DNA of 64,000 nucleotides. It comes from Candidatus Eiseniibacteriota bacterium. GTDB lineage: Bacteria; Eisenbacteria; RBG-16-71-46. Below, in pieces: positions 38,090 to 48,281 of the stretch. How positions within the stretch are numbered: position 1 is the first letter of the stretch; the number at the start of each line of letters is the position of its first letter. The translations under genes and the position numbers were made by a program. The notes under the pieces were generated by a model. The model was not told the origin of the DNA. It worked only from the letters and a program-made list of their open reading frames with translations, and searched no databases. The DNA lies in assembly GCA_963717505.1 (NCBI GenBank), contig OY970342.1:3072001-3136000 (forward strand), in the 5' to 3' direction.

Positions 38090-38974
38090 ATGAGGGTGAT
38101 TCGATTGCTCGTGGCCTACGACGGCACCGACTTCCATGGATGGCAGGCGCAACCCGGGCAGCGCACGGTTCAGGGCACGCTGGCCGAAGCGTTGGCGGGC
38201 GCTCTGGGCGAGACTCCGGGGCTTCACGCCGCCGGGCGGACCGATGCCGGAGTGCATGCGCGTGGCCAGGTGGTGTCGTTCGCGACCGGAAGCCGACTGC
38301 CGATTCGCGCCGTGGTCCCGCGCACCAATCGCGCCCTGCCGCGCGACGTCCGGGTGCGCGCGGCGTCCGAGGTTCCGGAAGACTTCCACGCTCGCTTCTC
38401 GGCGCGGGCGCGCCGCTATGCCTATCGATTGCTCGACGATGACGACGTCCTGCTCGGTCGCTTCGCCTGGCGTCCGCAGTACCGCGTCGAGCCCGATCGA
38501 CTGGAAGCCGCCGCACGGGCGCTCGAGGGCGAACACGACTTCTCGAGCTTCCGCGCTTCGGGGGGCTCGACGAGCTCGCCCCACTGTCGCGTGTATCGCG
38601 CGTCGTGGTCGCGGTGGGAGGGTGGCGTGCGATTCGACGTCGTGGCCGACCACTTCCTGTATCACATGGTGCGCACCGTGGTCGGAACTGCGCTCGCTGC
38701 GGCGCGAACCGCGGACCCAGGGACGGCCATGCGACGGGTGATCGAAGCGCGCGATCGGTCGGCCGCCGGCCCGACCGCGCCGGCCCAGGGCCTGACGCTC
38801 GAGGAAGTGTATTTTGGAGAACGCTCGGCAGGCTCGCTTGAACAACGCTCGACAGGCTCGCTTGGAGAACGCTCGGCAGGCTCGCTTGGAGAACGCTCGA
38901 CAGGCTCGCTTGGAGAACGCTCGACAGGCTCGCTTGGAGAACGCTCGACAGGCTCGCTCGGAGAACGCTCATGA
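38090..38974 (+). CDS. truA: tRNA pseudouridine(38-40) synthase with repeat-derived C-terminal tail
   Basis: YDGTDFHGWQ, AGRTDAGVHA.GQ, FHARFSA, GEHDFSSF, FLYHMVR, APAQGL. Confidence 0.96.
   Translation: MRVIRLLVAYDGTDFHGWQAQPGQRTVQGTLAEALAGALGETPGLHAAGRTDAGVHARGQVVSFATGSRLPIRAVVPRTNRALPRDVRVRAASEVPEDFHARFSARARRYAYRLLDDDDVLLGRFAWRPQYRVEPDRLEAAARALEGEHDFSSFRASGGSTSSPHCRVYRASWSRWEGGVRFDVVADHFLYHMVRTVVGTALAAARTADPGTAMRRVIEARDRSAAGPTAPAQGLTLEEVYFGERSAGSLEQRSTGSLGERSAGSLGERSTGSLGERSTGSLGERSTGSLGERS
38814..38970 (+). repeat. Tandem repeat, 24-bp unit TTGGAGAACGCTCG(A/G)CAGGCTCGC, 6 full units + 13 bp
   Basis: Units start at 38814, 38838 (variant TTGAACAA), 38862, 38886, 38910, 38934; partial at 38958. 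Confidence 0.97.
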
Positions 38975-40128
38975 ACTCGCCGTCGCTGCGCGCTACCATT
39001 GCCGGGGCGGCGTTCGGCGTGCTCGCCACGCTGGCCGCGATCGGCTGGCTGTCGCCCGGTGAGCGCAGCGGAACCGCGGACGCCGCGTCGTCCTCGATCG
39101 CCGGGAGTCGGCGGAGTGCAATCGTCACCGCGGCCGAGCGGGTCAGCCCGGCGGTGGTTTCGGTCAGCGTGGTCGCGACCCGAGTCGTTCGCACCGATCC
39201 CTTCGGCGGCGCCCTGCGCGACGAGTTCTGGGAGCACTTCTATCCGCCGATGGAGTACCGGGAGCGCTTTCCCGGACTCGGTTCCGGCGTGATCGTCGAC
39301 GCCGAAGGCACGATCCTGACCAACGAGCACGTGGTGCGCAACGCCGAGGAGATCACGGTGACTCTGTCGGACGGCCGGCAGCTGCCGGCGCGCCGGCTCG
39401 GATCGACGGCGACCTACGACCTGGCGGTGCTCAAGGTCGAGGGCAAGAAGCTCGCGGTGGCTCCACTCGGGGACAGCGACAAGCTGTACGTCGGCGAGTG
39501 GGCGATCGCGATCGGCAATCCGTTCGGCTACCTGCTCAACGACACGCAGCCGACGGTCACCGCCGGCGTGGTCAGCGCCACCCACCGGGACGTGAAGAGC
39601 GACGCGACCGAGAGCGGCGTGTACAAGGACATGATCCAGACCGACGCCGCCATCAATCCCGGGAACAGCGGCGGCCCGCTGGTCAACGGCGACGGCGAGG
39701 TGATCGGCATCAACACGTTCATCTTCACGCGCGGCGGCGGCTCGCTCGGCATCGGGTTCGCGATTCCCATCAACTTGGCGCGACGGATCCTCGACGAGAT
39801 CCGGACGTACGGCCGCGTGCGCGCCGCATGGCCCGGGTTCCAGGTGCAGCCGATCACTCCGTACCTGGCGCGCCGCCTGGGTTTCACCGACACCGAGGGC
39901 CTGGTGGTCACGCGCGTCGATCCCAACGGACCGGCGGCCGTGGCCGGAGTCAAGGCCGCCGACCGGCTGCGCAAGGTCAACGGCATCGTCATCCGTACGG
40001 TCGACGACGCGCAGAAGAGCATCTACGGCGCCAAGGTCGGCGATCGGTTGCGACTGCTGCTCGAGCGCGCGGGCAAGACGATCGAGGCCACGGTGATCCT
40101 GACCGAAGCCCCGGCGGACGACGCGTGA
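38971..40128 (+). CDS. htrA: HtrA/DegP-family serine protease, one PDZ domain
   Basis: N-terminal TM; GSGVI, TNEHVV, DLAVLK, QTDAAINPGNSGG. Confidence 0.93.
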   Translation: MNSPSLRATIAGAAFGVLATLAAIGWLSPGERSGTADAASSSIAGSRRSAIVTAAERVSPAVVSVSVVATRVVRTDPFGGALRDEFWEHFYPPMEYRERFPGLGSGVIVDAEGTILTNEHVVRNAEEITVTLSDGRQLPARRLGSTATYDLAVLKVEGKKLAVAPLGDSDKLYVGEWAIAIGNPFGYLLNDTQPTVTAGVVSATHRDVKSDATESGVYKDMIQTDAAINPGNSGGPLVNGDGEVIGINTFIFTRGGGSLGIGFAIPINLARRILDEIRTYGRVRAAWPGFQVQPITPYLARRLGFTDTEGLVVTRVDPNGPAAVAGVKAADRLRKVNGIVIRTVDDAQKSIYGAKVGDRLRLLLERAGKTIEATVILTEAPADDA

Positions 40129-41420
40129 TCGCTCGCTACGTGCGCCCGCGGATGGGCGAAGTGTGGAGCGATGCCCGTCGACTCTCGCTCTGGCTCGAGG
40201 TCGAGCTGGCGGTGACCGCGGCGCGCGAGGCGCGCGGCGCGGTGCCGGTGGGGACGGTCGAGCAGGTGCGCGCCACGGCGATCATCGACGAAGCCCGCAT
40301 GCTCGAGATCGAAGGACGCGTGCACCACGACGTGATCGCGTTCTTGTCGATGATCGCCGAATCCGCCGGAGATCCGGCCCGTCACCTGCACGTGGGAATG
40401 ACGTCGAGCGACCTGGTCGACTCCGCACTCGCGTGCCAGATCGTGGCCGCAGGGGCGGTGCTGCGCGAAGAGCTGGTTCGGACGCGTCGCGCGGCCTGGT
40501 CGCTGGCGCAGGCGCATCGCCATACGCCGCGAGTCGGCCGTACGCACGGCGTGCACGCGGAGCCGACCACCTTCGGCCACACCTGCCTGGTGTGGAGCGA
40601 GGAGCTGGGACGCCAGCTTGAGCGCCTCGACGCGGCACTCGCCGGGTGCGCGGTCGGCAAGGTCTCGGGTGCGGTCGGCACGCTCGCCCATCTCGACGCG
40701 GGAATCGAGCGGGACGCTCTGGCGCGACTCGGCCTGGTTCCCGAGCCGGTGGCGAACCAGGTCGTCCAGCGCGACCGGCACGCCGCGCTGATGTGCACGC
40801 TGGCCGGTATCGCCGGCACGCTGGAGAAGATCGCGCTCGAAGTCCGGCATCTGCAGCGCACCGAGGTCCGGGAGGCCGAGGAGCCGTTCGTCGAGGGGCA
40901 GAAAGGCAGCTCGGCGATGCCGCACAAGCGGAATCCAGTGCGCAGCGAGCGAGTCTGCGGCCTGGCCCGACTGGTGCGCGGCCATGCGCACGCCGCCCTC
41001 GAGAACCAGGCGCTGTGGCACGAGCGCGACATCAGCCACTCGTCAGTCGAACGGGTGATCCTGCCCGATGCGTTTCAGGTGCTCGACTTCATGGCCGCGG
41101 AGACCGCCCAGATCCTCGAAGGCCTGCGGGTGCTGCCGGCGAACATGCGCCGCAATCTCGAAGCCGGCGGCGGCCTGGTGTTCTCACAGCGCGTCCTGCT
41201 CGCGTTGGTCGAGGCCGGACTCGCTCGCGACGAGGCCTATGCGATCGTCCAGCAGCACGCGCTGGCGGCGCTCGACGGCGGAACCAGTTTTCGCGAGGCG
41301 CTGGCGAGCGATCCGCGAGTGCGGAAGCTCGACGCCCGGCGATTGGAATCGTGCTTCGATCTCGCGCCCTACCTGAGCGGCATCGACCAGGTGTTCGCCC
41401 GGGCCGAGGCGCCCCAGTGA
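40125..41420 (+). CDS. purB: Adenylosuccinate lyase
   Basis: HDVIAF, TSSD, GRTHGVHAEPTTFG, SGAVG, GSSAMPHKRNP, ERDISHSS. Confidence 0.96.
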   Translation: MIARYVRPRMGEVWSDARRLSLWLEVELAVTAAREARGAVPVGTVEQVRATAIIDEARMLEIEGRVHHDVIAFLSMIAESAGDPARHLHVGMTSSDLVDSALACQIVAAGAVLREELVRTRRAAWSLAQAHRHTPRVGRTHGVHAEPTTFGHTCLVWSEELGRQLERLDAALAGCAVGKVSGAVGTLAHLDAGIERDALARLGLVPEPVANQVVQRDRHAALMCTLAGIAGTLEKIALEVRHLQRTEVREAEEPFVEGQKGSSAMPHKRNPVRSERVCGLARLVRGHAHAALENQALWHERDISHSSVERVILPDAFQVLDFMAAETAQILEGLRVLPANMRRNLEAGGGLVFSQRVLLALVEAGLARDEAYAIVQQHALAALDGGTSFREALASDPRVRKLDARRLESCFDLAPYLSGIDQVFARAEAPQ

Positions 41421-41439
41421 TCGCGCCGGGGATTCCCTC

Positions 41440-43788
41440 ATGACGCTCGCACCCACGACACCGCTCGCCTACGCGGCAGAGGATCTGAACGATCCCGCCG
41501 CGGTGTCGCGGGGGTTGCGCGCACGCGGCGTGGCGCTCGACGCCGAGGAGGTCGTGTTGCTGCCGCGACTCCTGGGTCGCCCGCCGACCTGGGCCGAGGC
41601 GGTGTTGTTCGGGATCCTGTGGAGCGAGCACTGCTCGTACAAGTCGACGCGACATCTGTTGCGGCGCCTGCCGACCCGCGCCCCGCAGGTGCTCCTCGGA
41701 CCGGGCGAGGATGCCGGCGTCGTCGCGTTGCCGGTGCCGTGCGAAGACCTGGCGCTGGTCCTGGCGCACGAGAGCCACAACCATCCGAGTCAGGTGTTGC
41801 CGGTCGAGGGGGCGGCCACCGGCGTCGGCGGCATCGTGCGCGACGTCGTGTGCATGGGCGCCGAGGTCACCGGCGTGCTCGACGCGCTGCGTTTCGGCGA
41901 CCCGACGCGCGGCGTCAGGAGTCGCGACATCGTGCGCGGCGTGGTTCAGGGCATCGCGGACTACGGCAACGCGCTCGGTGTTCCCAACCTGGGCGGCGAT
42001 GCCTGGTTCGACGAGCGTTTCGGCGACAACTGCCTGGTCAACGTGATGGCGGTGGGCGTTGCGCCGCGCGACGGCATCCTGCGGAGTCGCGTTCCCGAGG
42101 GCCCGGGTCCGTGGGTGTTCGTGCTGGTCGGCAAACCGACCGACGAGAGCGGCTTCGGCGGCGCAGCCTTCGCGTCCGAGGACCTGACCGACGAGGACCG
42201 TCGCGAAGCGGTGCAGTTGCCGGATCCATTTCTCAAGCGGGTCCTGAACGTGGCGAATGCCGAGGCTTTCGCGCGCGTACGTGCGCGCGGCATACCGGCG
42301 GGGTTCAAGGATCTGGGGGCGGGTGGCGTGGCGTGCGCGACCAGCGAGCTGGCGGCCGCGGGTGGCCGCGGCGCGGTGATCGAACTCGAGCGTGCGCATC
42401 GCGTGGCGCGTCCGGTGCCACCCGAGGTGCTGCTGTGCGCCGAAACCCAGGAGCGTTATTGCTGGATCGTGCCCGAAGCGTTCGCCGACGAGCTGGTGAC
42501 GCTCTACGAGCGCGAGTTCGCGTTGGGTGACATCTATCCCGGCGCCGGGGCACGGGTGATCGGCCGGGTCACCGACCACGGGCGCTACCGTGTGGAGTGG
42601 GGTGGTGAGGCGATCGTCGACTGCCCGGTCGAGGCGATCACCGAGGGGCGTCGCGTCGATCGGCCCGCGCGCCGTCGGGCGCCGGCGCCGCCGCGCAAGC
42701 CGCGACGGGCCACGGTGTCGCCGCACGAAGCACTGCTGCGCCTGCTGTCGTCGCACAACGGCTGTTCGCGCGAGTATCTCTACCGCCACTACGACAGCGA
42801 GGTTCAAGGACGCACCTGGCTCAGGCCGGGCGAAGGCGATGCGGTCGTGTTCACGCCGGCGCGCGGACGTCCGCTCGGCGTCGCGCTGGCGATCGGCGGC
42901 AATCCGCACTGGTGCGAAGCCGACCCCGAGCTTGGGGCGCGGCACGCCGTCGCGGAGGCGGCGCGCAACGTGGCCTGCGTCGGTGGGCGACCGTGGGCGC
43001 TGACCGACTGCCTGAACTTCGGGAATCCCGAGGACCCGGAAGTCATGGGCGACTTCGAGGCGACGCTCGAAGGTCTCGCGGTCGCGGCCGAAGCACTCGG
43101 CCGGCTCGCAGCACCGGGTGCCCCCCTGCCGTTCGTGAGTGGGAACGTCAGCCTGTACAACCAGAGTCGCGATCGCGCAGTGCCGCCCTCGCCGATCGTG
43201 ATGTGCGCCGGGATGGTCCGCGACGCGGGGGCGGCGGTCGGCATCGGGCTGGAAACTCCCGGAACGTTCCTGGTGCTGGTCGGCGAGCCGCGCGACGAGA
43301 TCACGGGTTCGAGCTACCTGCGCGACGTCCTGGGCGAGACGCGCCGGACGGCTCCGCCGTCGCTCGACCTGGGGCGCGAAGCGCGACTCCAGGAACTGGC
43401 AGTGCTCGCGGCGGAGGGCGCCTGGGTTCAGGCCGCCCACGACATCTCGGACGGCGGCCTGCTGGTGACGGTCGCCGAGATGGCCTTGGCCGCCGCGGGT
43501 GACGTCGGCGCCGAATTGGATTTGGCGCCGCTCGAGGCCGCGACCGCACCGGCACTGTTCTCCGAGCGACAGGGCATCGTTTTCGCGGTGAACGTCGAGC
43601 GCGCCCCGCGGCTCTATCAGGCGGCTCGCGAGCGGTCGTTGCTCGCCTGGCCGATCGGCACGGTGATCAAGGGGCGGAGTCTGGGCGTCCAGACCGGCGA
43701 GGGCGAACGAATCCGCTGGTCGCTCGACGAGCTGGCCGCCGCCGCCGCCGCGCCGCTGCCGAAATTGTGGAACGAGGAGATCGAGTGA
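41440..43788 (+). CDS. purL: FGAM synthase subunit PurL (small form)
   Basis: WSEHCSYKS, ESHNHPS, GAATGVGGIVRD, DLGAGG, DCLNFGNP, SGNVSLYN, HDISDGG. Confidence 0.96.
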   Translation: MTLAPTTPLAYAAEDLNDPAAVSRGLRARGVALDAEEVVLLPRLLGRPPTWAEAVLFGILWSEHCSYKSTRHLLRRLPTRAPQVLLGPGEDAGVVALPVPCEDLALVLAHESHNHPSQVLPVEGAATGVGGIVRDVVCMGAEVTGVLDALRFGDPTRGVRSRDIVRGVVQGIADYGNALGVPNLGGDAWFDERFGDNCLVNVMAVGVAPRDGILRSRVPEGPGPWVFVLVGKPTDESGFGGAAFASEDLTDEDRREAVQLPDPFLKRVLNVANAEAFARVRARGIPAGFKDLGAGGVACATSELAAAGGRGAVIELERAHRVARPVPPEVLLCAETQERYCWIVPEAFADELVTLYEREFALGDIYPGAGARVIGRVTDHGRYRVEWGGEAIVDCPVEAITEGRRVDRPARRRAPAPPRKPRRATVSPHEALLRLLSSHNGCSREYLYRHYDSEVQGRTWLRPGEGDAVVFTPARGRPLGVALAIGGNPHWCEADPELGARHAVAEAARNVACVGGRPWALTDCLNFGNPEDPEVMGDFEATLEGLAVAAEALGRLAAPGAPLPFVSGNVSLYNQSRDRAVPPSPIVMCAGMVRDAGAAVGIGLETPGTFLVLVGEPRDEITGSSYLRDVLGETRRTAPPSLDLGREARLQELAVLAAEGAWVQAAHDISDGGLLVTVAEMALAAAGDVGAELDLAPLEAATAPALFSERQGIVFAVNVERAPRLYQAARERSLLAWPIGTVIKGRSLGVQTGEGERIRWSLDELAAAAAAPLPKLWNEEIE

Positions 43789-44603
43789 TGAGCCGCCCCA
43801 AGATCGCGGTCATCCAGTTCCCCGGCGTCAACTGTGAAGCCGAGACCGTTCGCGCGGCCGAGCGTTGCGGGCTCGACGCCGAGGTGTTCCGCTGGACGCG
43901 CCCGGCCGCCGAGCTCGGCACCTACGCGGCCTATGTGTTGCCCGGCGGATTCTCCTATCAGGATCGTGTGCGCGCGGGTGCTATGGCCGCGAAGGATCCG
44001 CTGGTCGAGGTGCTCGCCGACCAGGCTCTTCGCGGCTGTCCGGTGCTCGGCATCTGTAATGGCGCACAAGTGCTGGTCGAGGCCGGCCTGGTTCCGGGCG
44101 GCGGGACCGTCGAGCTGGCGCTCGCGCGCAACCGGATGCCGGATCGCAGCGGCTACCATGCGCGGTGGATTCACGTGCGGGTCGAGACCTCGGCGTGCAT
44201 ATTCACGCGACACCTGACGCCGGGCGAGGTGCTGCCCTTGCCGGTCGCGCACGGCGAGGGTCGTTTCACCGGCGCCCCGGGACGGATGGCGTCACTTGCG
44301 GCCCGAGGACAGGTGGCACTTCGCTACACGACCTCGGAGGGTGGCGACGCGCGTGGATTCCCCGACAATCCGAACGGCGCCGAGGCCGATGCCGCCGCGG
44401 TGTGCAATGGCGCCGGCAACGTGCTGGCGATCATGCCGCATCCCGAGCGCGCCCAGGATCTGGGCGGGTTGTGGCGCGGCGCCACCGGCCGATGGGCCGA
44501 GGCCCGCCGGCGACTCGGGGCGGGGTTCGACGGCGCCAGCGATGCCGGCCCCGGGCTCGAGCTGTTCCGTGGGCTTGCCCGCCATCTCGAGGTGGGGGCA
44601 TGA
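43788..44603 (+). CDS. purQ: FGAM synthase glutaminase subunit
   Basis: FPGVNC, PGGFSYQD, GICNG, AHGEG, NPNG, MPHPER. Confidence 0.96.
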   Translation: MSRPKIAVIQFPGVNCEAETVRAAERCGLDAEVFRWTRPAAELGTYAAYVLPGGFSYQDRVRAGAMAAKDPLVEVLADQALRGCPVLGICNGAQVLVEAGLVPGGGTVELALARNRMPDRSGYHARWIHVRVETSACIFTRHLTPGEVLPLPVAHGEGRFTGAPGRMASLAARGQVALRYTTSEGGDARGFPDNPNGAEADAAAVCNGAGNVLAIMPHPERAQDLGGLWRGATGRWAEARRRLGAGFDGASDAGPGLELFRGLARHLEVGA

Positions 44604-45208
44604 CCCTGGAGCGGAAACCGAGGGTTCCGCGGGTGCGAACCAGCCAGGCCTGGATCGAGCTCAAGGCCGACGATCCCGAGGCGGCATCGGCCCTGTGGGT
44701 GGCCCGCCACCGGCTTGCCGCAGGACGTGAGGTGACCGGGCTCAGGCGGTTCAGGCTCATCGAGTTGACCGGGACCTTGCCGACCCGGCCACGGGTCGAA
44801 AAGTTACTTCACGAATCCACACAGTTCTACAATCCTCATAAGGAGCGCTGCCACCTGCGCTCGAACCCGCGCGACCCGGTTCCGATCAAAGCCGAGGAGG
44901 ACCTGGTTCTGGTCACGGAACGAGGGGGTGAGCGCCGTACCGCAGCCGAGCGCTGGTGGCAGCACCAGACCGGGCGAGCGGTCGAAGTTCGGGAAGGGAT
45001 CGTCTGGGTCCTTTCGCTCGCGAGCCCGAGCAACGCCCAGAGGCGTTCACAGGTGGCCGAGCTGGCCGTGGTTCGCGACCGAGAGCATGGTTTGTTCTGC
45101 AATCCCCTGTGCCAGGATGCGCGCACGGAGCACGGCAAGCCGCCGCTGCCGTGGATCGGCGATGCGGCCGCACCCGAAGCGAAGGACGATGGGAAGGAGG
45201 AGCGGTGA
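44600..45208 (+). CDS. Probable tandem (double) PurS-like protein, 202 aa
   Basis: Coupled between purQ and purF; two roughly 85-aa halves ending FYNPHKE and LFCNPLCQD; first half has LK..DPE. Confidence 0.65.
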   Translation: MTLERKPRVPRVRTSQAWIELKADDPEAASALWVARHRLAAGREVTGLRRFRLIELTGTLPTRPRVEKLLHESTQFYNPHKERCHLRSNPRDPVPIKAEEDLVLVTERGGERRTAAERWWQHQTGRAVEVREGIVWVLSLASPSNAQRRSQVAELAVVRDREHGLFCNPLCQDARTEHGKPPLPWIGDAAAPEAKDDGKEER

Positions 45209-46647
45209 ACGGCTGGACGCCCGACAAGACCTGGCGTGAGGAGTGCGGGGTGTTTGCGGCGGTCGGGGTGCCGCGCGCCGCCGAAGTCGTGTGCCTCGGA
45301 CTCCACGCGCTGCAGCATCGCGGCCAGGAGTCGGCCGGCATCGTCTCGTGTGACGCCTCAGGCGAGTTCCGTGCCGAGAAGGGCATCGGGCTCGTGTCCG
45401 AAGTGTTCGATGACGCCAAGATCGCCGGGCTGCGCGGCAACGTGGCGATCGGGCACAACCGCTACTCGACTACGGGCAGTCTGACCCGGGAGAACACGCA
45501 GCCGCTGATGGTGGTCTATCGCAACGGACCGCTGGCGCTCGGTCACAACGGCAACCTGGTGAATGCGCGCGAGCTGCGCGAGTCGCTCGAGGCCTCAGGC
45601 TCGATCTTCCAGACGACGCTCGACACCGAGATCTTCCTGCACCTGATGGCGCTGTCGGCGCACGACGACCCGGTCCAGGCGCTGATCGAGGCGGCGCGCC
45701 AGGTGCGCGGCGCCTACTCGCTCGTGGTGCTGACCCGCGACGCGGTGCTCGCGTTCCGCGATCCGTACGGCTTCCGCCCGCTGGTGCTCGGTCGCCTGGG
45801 CGACGGCTACGTCGTGGCCAGCGAAACCTGTGCGCTCGACCTGGTCGCCGCCGACTACGTGCGCGACATCGAGGCCGGCGAGCTGGTCCGCATCGATCCG
45901 CAAGGCGTGCGCTCGATCCGGGCGTTCCCGGCCGAGCCGGCGTTGCGCCAGTGCATCTTCGAGCACATCTATTTCTCGCGACCCGACAGCCGCGTTTTCG
46001 GGGTGACCGTCGACCGCGTGCGCCGCCGCATCGGGCATCGCCTGGCCGAGGAGCATCCGGTCGACGCCGATCTGGTGCTTTCGGTTCCCGACTCGAGCAA
46101 CTCGATCGCGCTCGGCTACAGCGAGGCCACCGGCATTCCGTTCGAGCTGGGCTTGATCCGCAATCACTACGTCGGGCGCACGTTCATCCAGCCCCAGCAG
46201 TCCGGGCGGGACTCGAGCGTGCGCGTCAAATTCAATCCGGTGCGCGAGGTGCTGGCCGGCAAGCGCATCGCTCTGGTCGACGACTCGATCGTTCGCGGCA
46301 CTACCAGCCGCAAGCTGGTGCGCATGCTCAAGAAGAACGGCGCGACCGAAGTGCACTTCCGGGTCGGTTCGCCGCCGGTGACCTACCCGTGCTTCTACGG
46401 CATCGACACGCCGAGTCGGCGCGAGTTGATCGCGGCGCTCAAGACCACCGACGAGATCCGCGACTTTCTCGGCGCCGATTCGCTCGGCTACCTGTCGCGC
46501 GAAGGCCTGCTCGCCTGTGAGCAGGAGAGCCAGAACTTCTGCCATGCTTGCTTCAGTGGCGAATACGCGGTTCCGGTCGATCCCACCGCCGGCAAGCTGG
46601 TGATGGAACAGATCCACGGGCCGAGGACCCCGGTTTCGAGCCGGTGA
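45205..46647 (+). CDS. purF: Amidophosphoribosyltransferase (propeptide/Fe-S type)
   Basis: REE-CGVF, LQHRGQE, HNGNL, CIFE, VDDSIVRGTT, PCFYG, CHAC. Confidence 0.97.
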   Translation: MNGWTPDKTWREECGVFAAVGVPRAAEVVCLGLHALQHRGQESAGIVSCDASGEFRAEKGIGLVSEVFDDAKIAGLRGNVAIGHNRYSTTGSLTRENTQPLMVVYRNGPLALGHNGNLVNARELRESLEASGSIFQTTLDTEIFLHLMALSAHDDPVQALIEAARQVRGAYSLVVLTRDAVLAFRDPYGFRPLVLGRLGDGYVVASETCALDLVAADYVRDIEAGELVRIDPQGVRSIRAFPAEPALRQCIFEHIYFSRPDSRVFGVTVDRVRRRIGHRLAEEHPVDADLVLSVPDSSNSIALGYSEATGIPFELGLIRNHYVGRTFIQPQQSGRDSSVRVKFNPVREVLAGKRIALVDDSIVRGTTSRKLVRMLKKNGATEVHFRVGSPPVTYPCFYGIDTPSRRELIAALKTTDEIRDFLGADSLGYLSREGLLACEQESQNFCHACFSGEYAVPVDPTAGKLVMEQIHGPRTPVSSR

Positions 46648-46662
46648 GTCCGGCTCTACGGC

Positions 46663-46691
46663 TTGACCCGCGAGCCCGGCGTTCCTAGCGT
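46663..46691 (+). promoter_or_regulatory. sigma70-type promoter TTGACC-N17-TAGCGT for the lysS operon
   Basis: In the purF-lysS intergenic gap. Confidence 0.5.
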
Positions 46692-46730
46692 GCGTCGCTC
46701 GGGGTTGCCGCCGACCCGCCGGAGACCTTC

Positions 46731-48281
46731 ATGTCCCTCGACGAGCTGATCCGCCAGCGGCGCGAGAAGATCGCCCGTTGGCGGGCGATCGGTGTCGCGC
46801 CGTTCGCGTATTCCTACGATCCGACTCACCGGGCCGCCGAGCTCACGGCCCGCGGGGACGCCGTCACCCAGGAGCCGGGCGAGATCGTGCGCATCGCCGG
46901 CCGGGTGATGACCCTACGCGGTCACGGCAAGGCCGGGTTCGCGCACGTGCTCGACGGCACGGGGCGGATCCAGGTCTACTTCAAGGCCGAGATCCTTGGG
47001 ACGCAATTCGGCAGGTACGAATTGCTGGACGTCGGCGACTGGATCGGCGTCGAGGGACCGTTGTTCCGAACCCGCACCGGCGAGATCACCGTGCGCGCCG
47101 ACCGGATCGAGCTGCTGGCCAAGTCGCTGCGGCCCCTGCCCGAGAAGTGGCACGGCCTGCGCGATCCCGAGACTCGATACCGGCAGCGCTATGCCGACCT
47201 GTTCGTCAACCTCGAGGTGCGGGAAGTGTTCCGCCGGCGCGCGCGCATGATCTCCGCGCTGCGCTCCGGACTGGAACAGGACGGATTCCTCGAGGTCGAG
47301 ACCCCGGTCCTGCAACCGCTCTACGGCGGTGCCTTCGCGCGGCCGTTCGCGACCCGCCACCACGCCCTCGACATGGAGCTGTATCTCCGCATCTCGAACG
47401 AGCTCTACCTCAAGCGTTTGATCGTCGGCGGCTTCGAGCGCGTGTTCGAGTTCGCCCGCGACTTCAGGAACGAAGGCATGGACCGGACCCACAATCCCGA
47501 GTTCACGATGCTCGAGTTCTACGAGGCATTCGCCGACGTCGAAGGCATGATGCGGCGCACCGAGGCGCTGGTGGCGCGGACCGTAGCCCAGGCGAGCGGC
47601 GAGGGGCCGGTGCCCTATCAGGGCGCGACCCTCGACTTCTCGGCCCCCTTCCGGCGGCTGTCGATGCTCGACGCGGTCAGCGAGCGGGTCGGCGAGTCGG
47701 TGCACGACTTCGACCCGGCCCGCCTGCTGCGGCTTGCGGGACGCCACGGAGTCGCCCCTCCCCGGCACACGGCCCCGGGGGTCGCTCCGGCCCCGCCGTC
47801 GGGCGGCGCGCTGCTCGACGCCCTGTTCAGCGAGTTGATCCAGCCCGAGTTGATTCAGCCGACCTTCGTGATCGACTACCCGATCGAAACCTCGCCGCTC
47901 GCTCGCGAGCATCGCGAGCGCCCCGGCGTGGTCGAGCGATTCGAGTTGTTCGTCGCCGGCATGGAGCTGGCGAACGCCTTCTCGGAGCAAAACGACCCCG
48001 ACGCTCAACGCGCCGCGTTCGAGGCGCAGGCGGCGGCGCGAGCCCGCGGCGACGAAGAAGCCCAGCCAATGGACCTCGACTACGTCCGGGCCCTCGAGTA
48101 CGGCATGCCGCCGACCGGCGGTTGCGGCATCGGCATCGACCGCTTCGCCATGCTGCTCAGCGATCAGCGCTCGATCCGCGAAGTTTTGTTGTTCCCGCAC
48201 CTGCGACCCGAGGAGGGCCGCCCGATCGCCGACGACGCCGCCGCGGAGGCCGAAGCCGGGATCGAACCCGGCGCCCGATGA
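46731..48281 (+). CDS. lysS: Lysine-tRNA ligase (class II)
   Basis: LPEKWHGL, RYRQRY, FRNEG, HNPEFTMLEFY, ELANAFSE, GMPPTGG.GIGIDR. Confidence 0.97.
   Translation: MSLDELIRQRREKIARWRAIGVAPFAYSYDPTHRAAELTARGDAVTQEPGEIVRIAGRVMTLRGHGKAGFAHVLDGTGRIQVYFKAEILGTQFGRYELLDVGDWIGVEGPLFRTRTGEITVRADRIELLAKSLRPLPEKWHGLRDPETRYRQRYADLFVNLEVREVFRRRARMISALRSGLEQDGFLEVETPVLQPLYGGAFARPFATRHHALDMELYLRISNELYLKRLIVGGFERVFEFARDFRNEGMDRTHNPEFTMLEFYEAFADVEGMMRRTEALVARTVAQASGEGPVPYQGATLDFSAPFRRLSMLDAVSERVGESVHDFDPARLLRLAGRHGVAPPRHTAPGVAPAPPSGGALLDALFSELIQPELIQPTFVIDYPIETSPLAREHRERPGVVERFELFVAGMELANAFSEQNDPDAQRAAFEAQAAARARGDEEAQPMDLDYVRALEYGMPPTGGCGIGIDRFAMLLSDQRSIREVLLFPHLRPEEGRPIADDAAAEAEAGIEPGAR

Noticed and set aside
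38814-38970. CRISPR array
   Set aside because: Units are contiguous with no unique spacers, lie in frame within truA, and no cas genes are present.
38814-39062. Separate ORF of LENARQAR repeats
   Set aside because: Alternative reading of the tandem repeat; fully overlaps truA and htrA and has no independent RBS.
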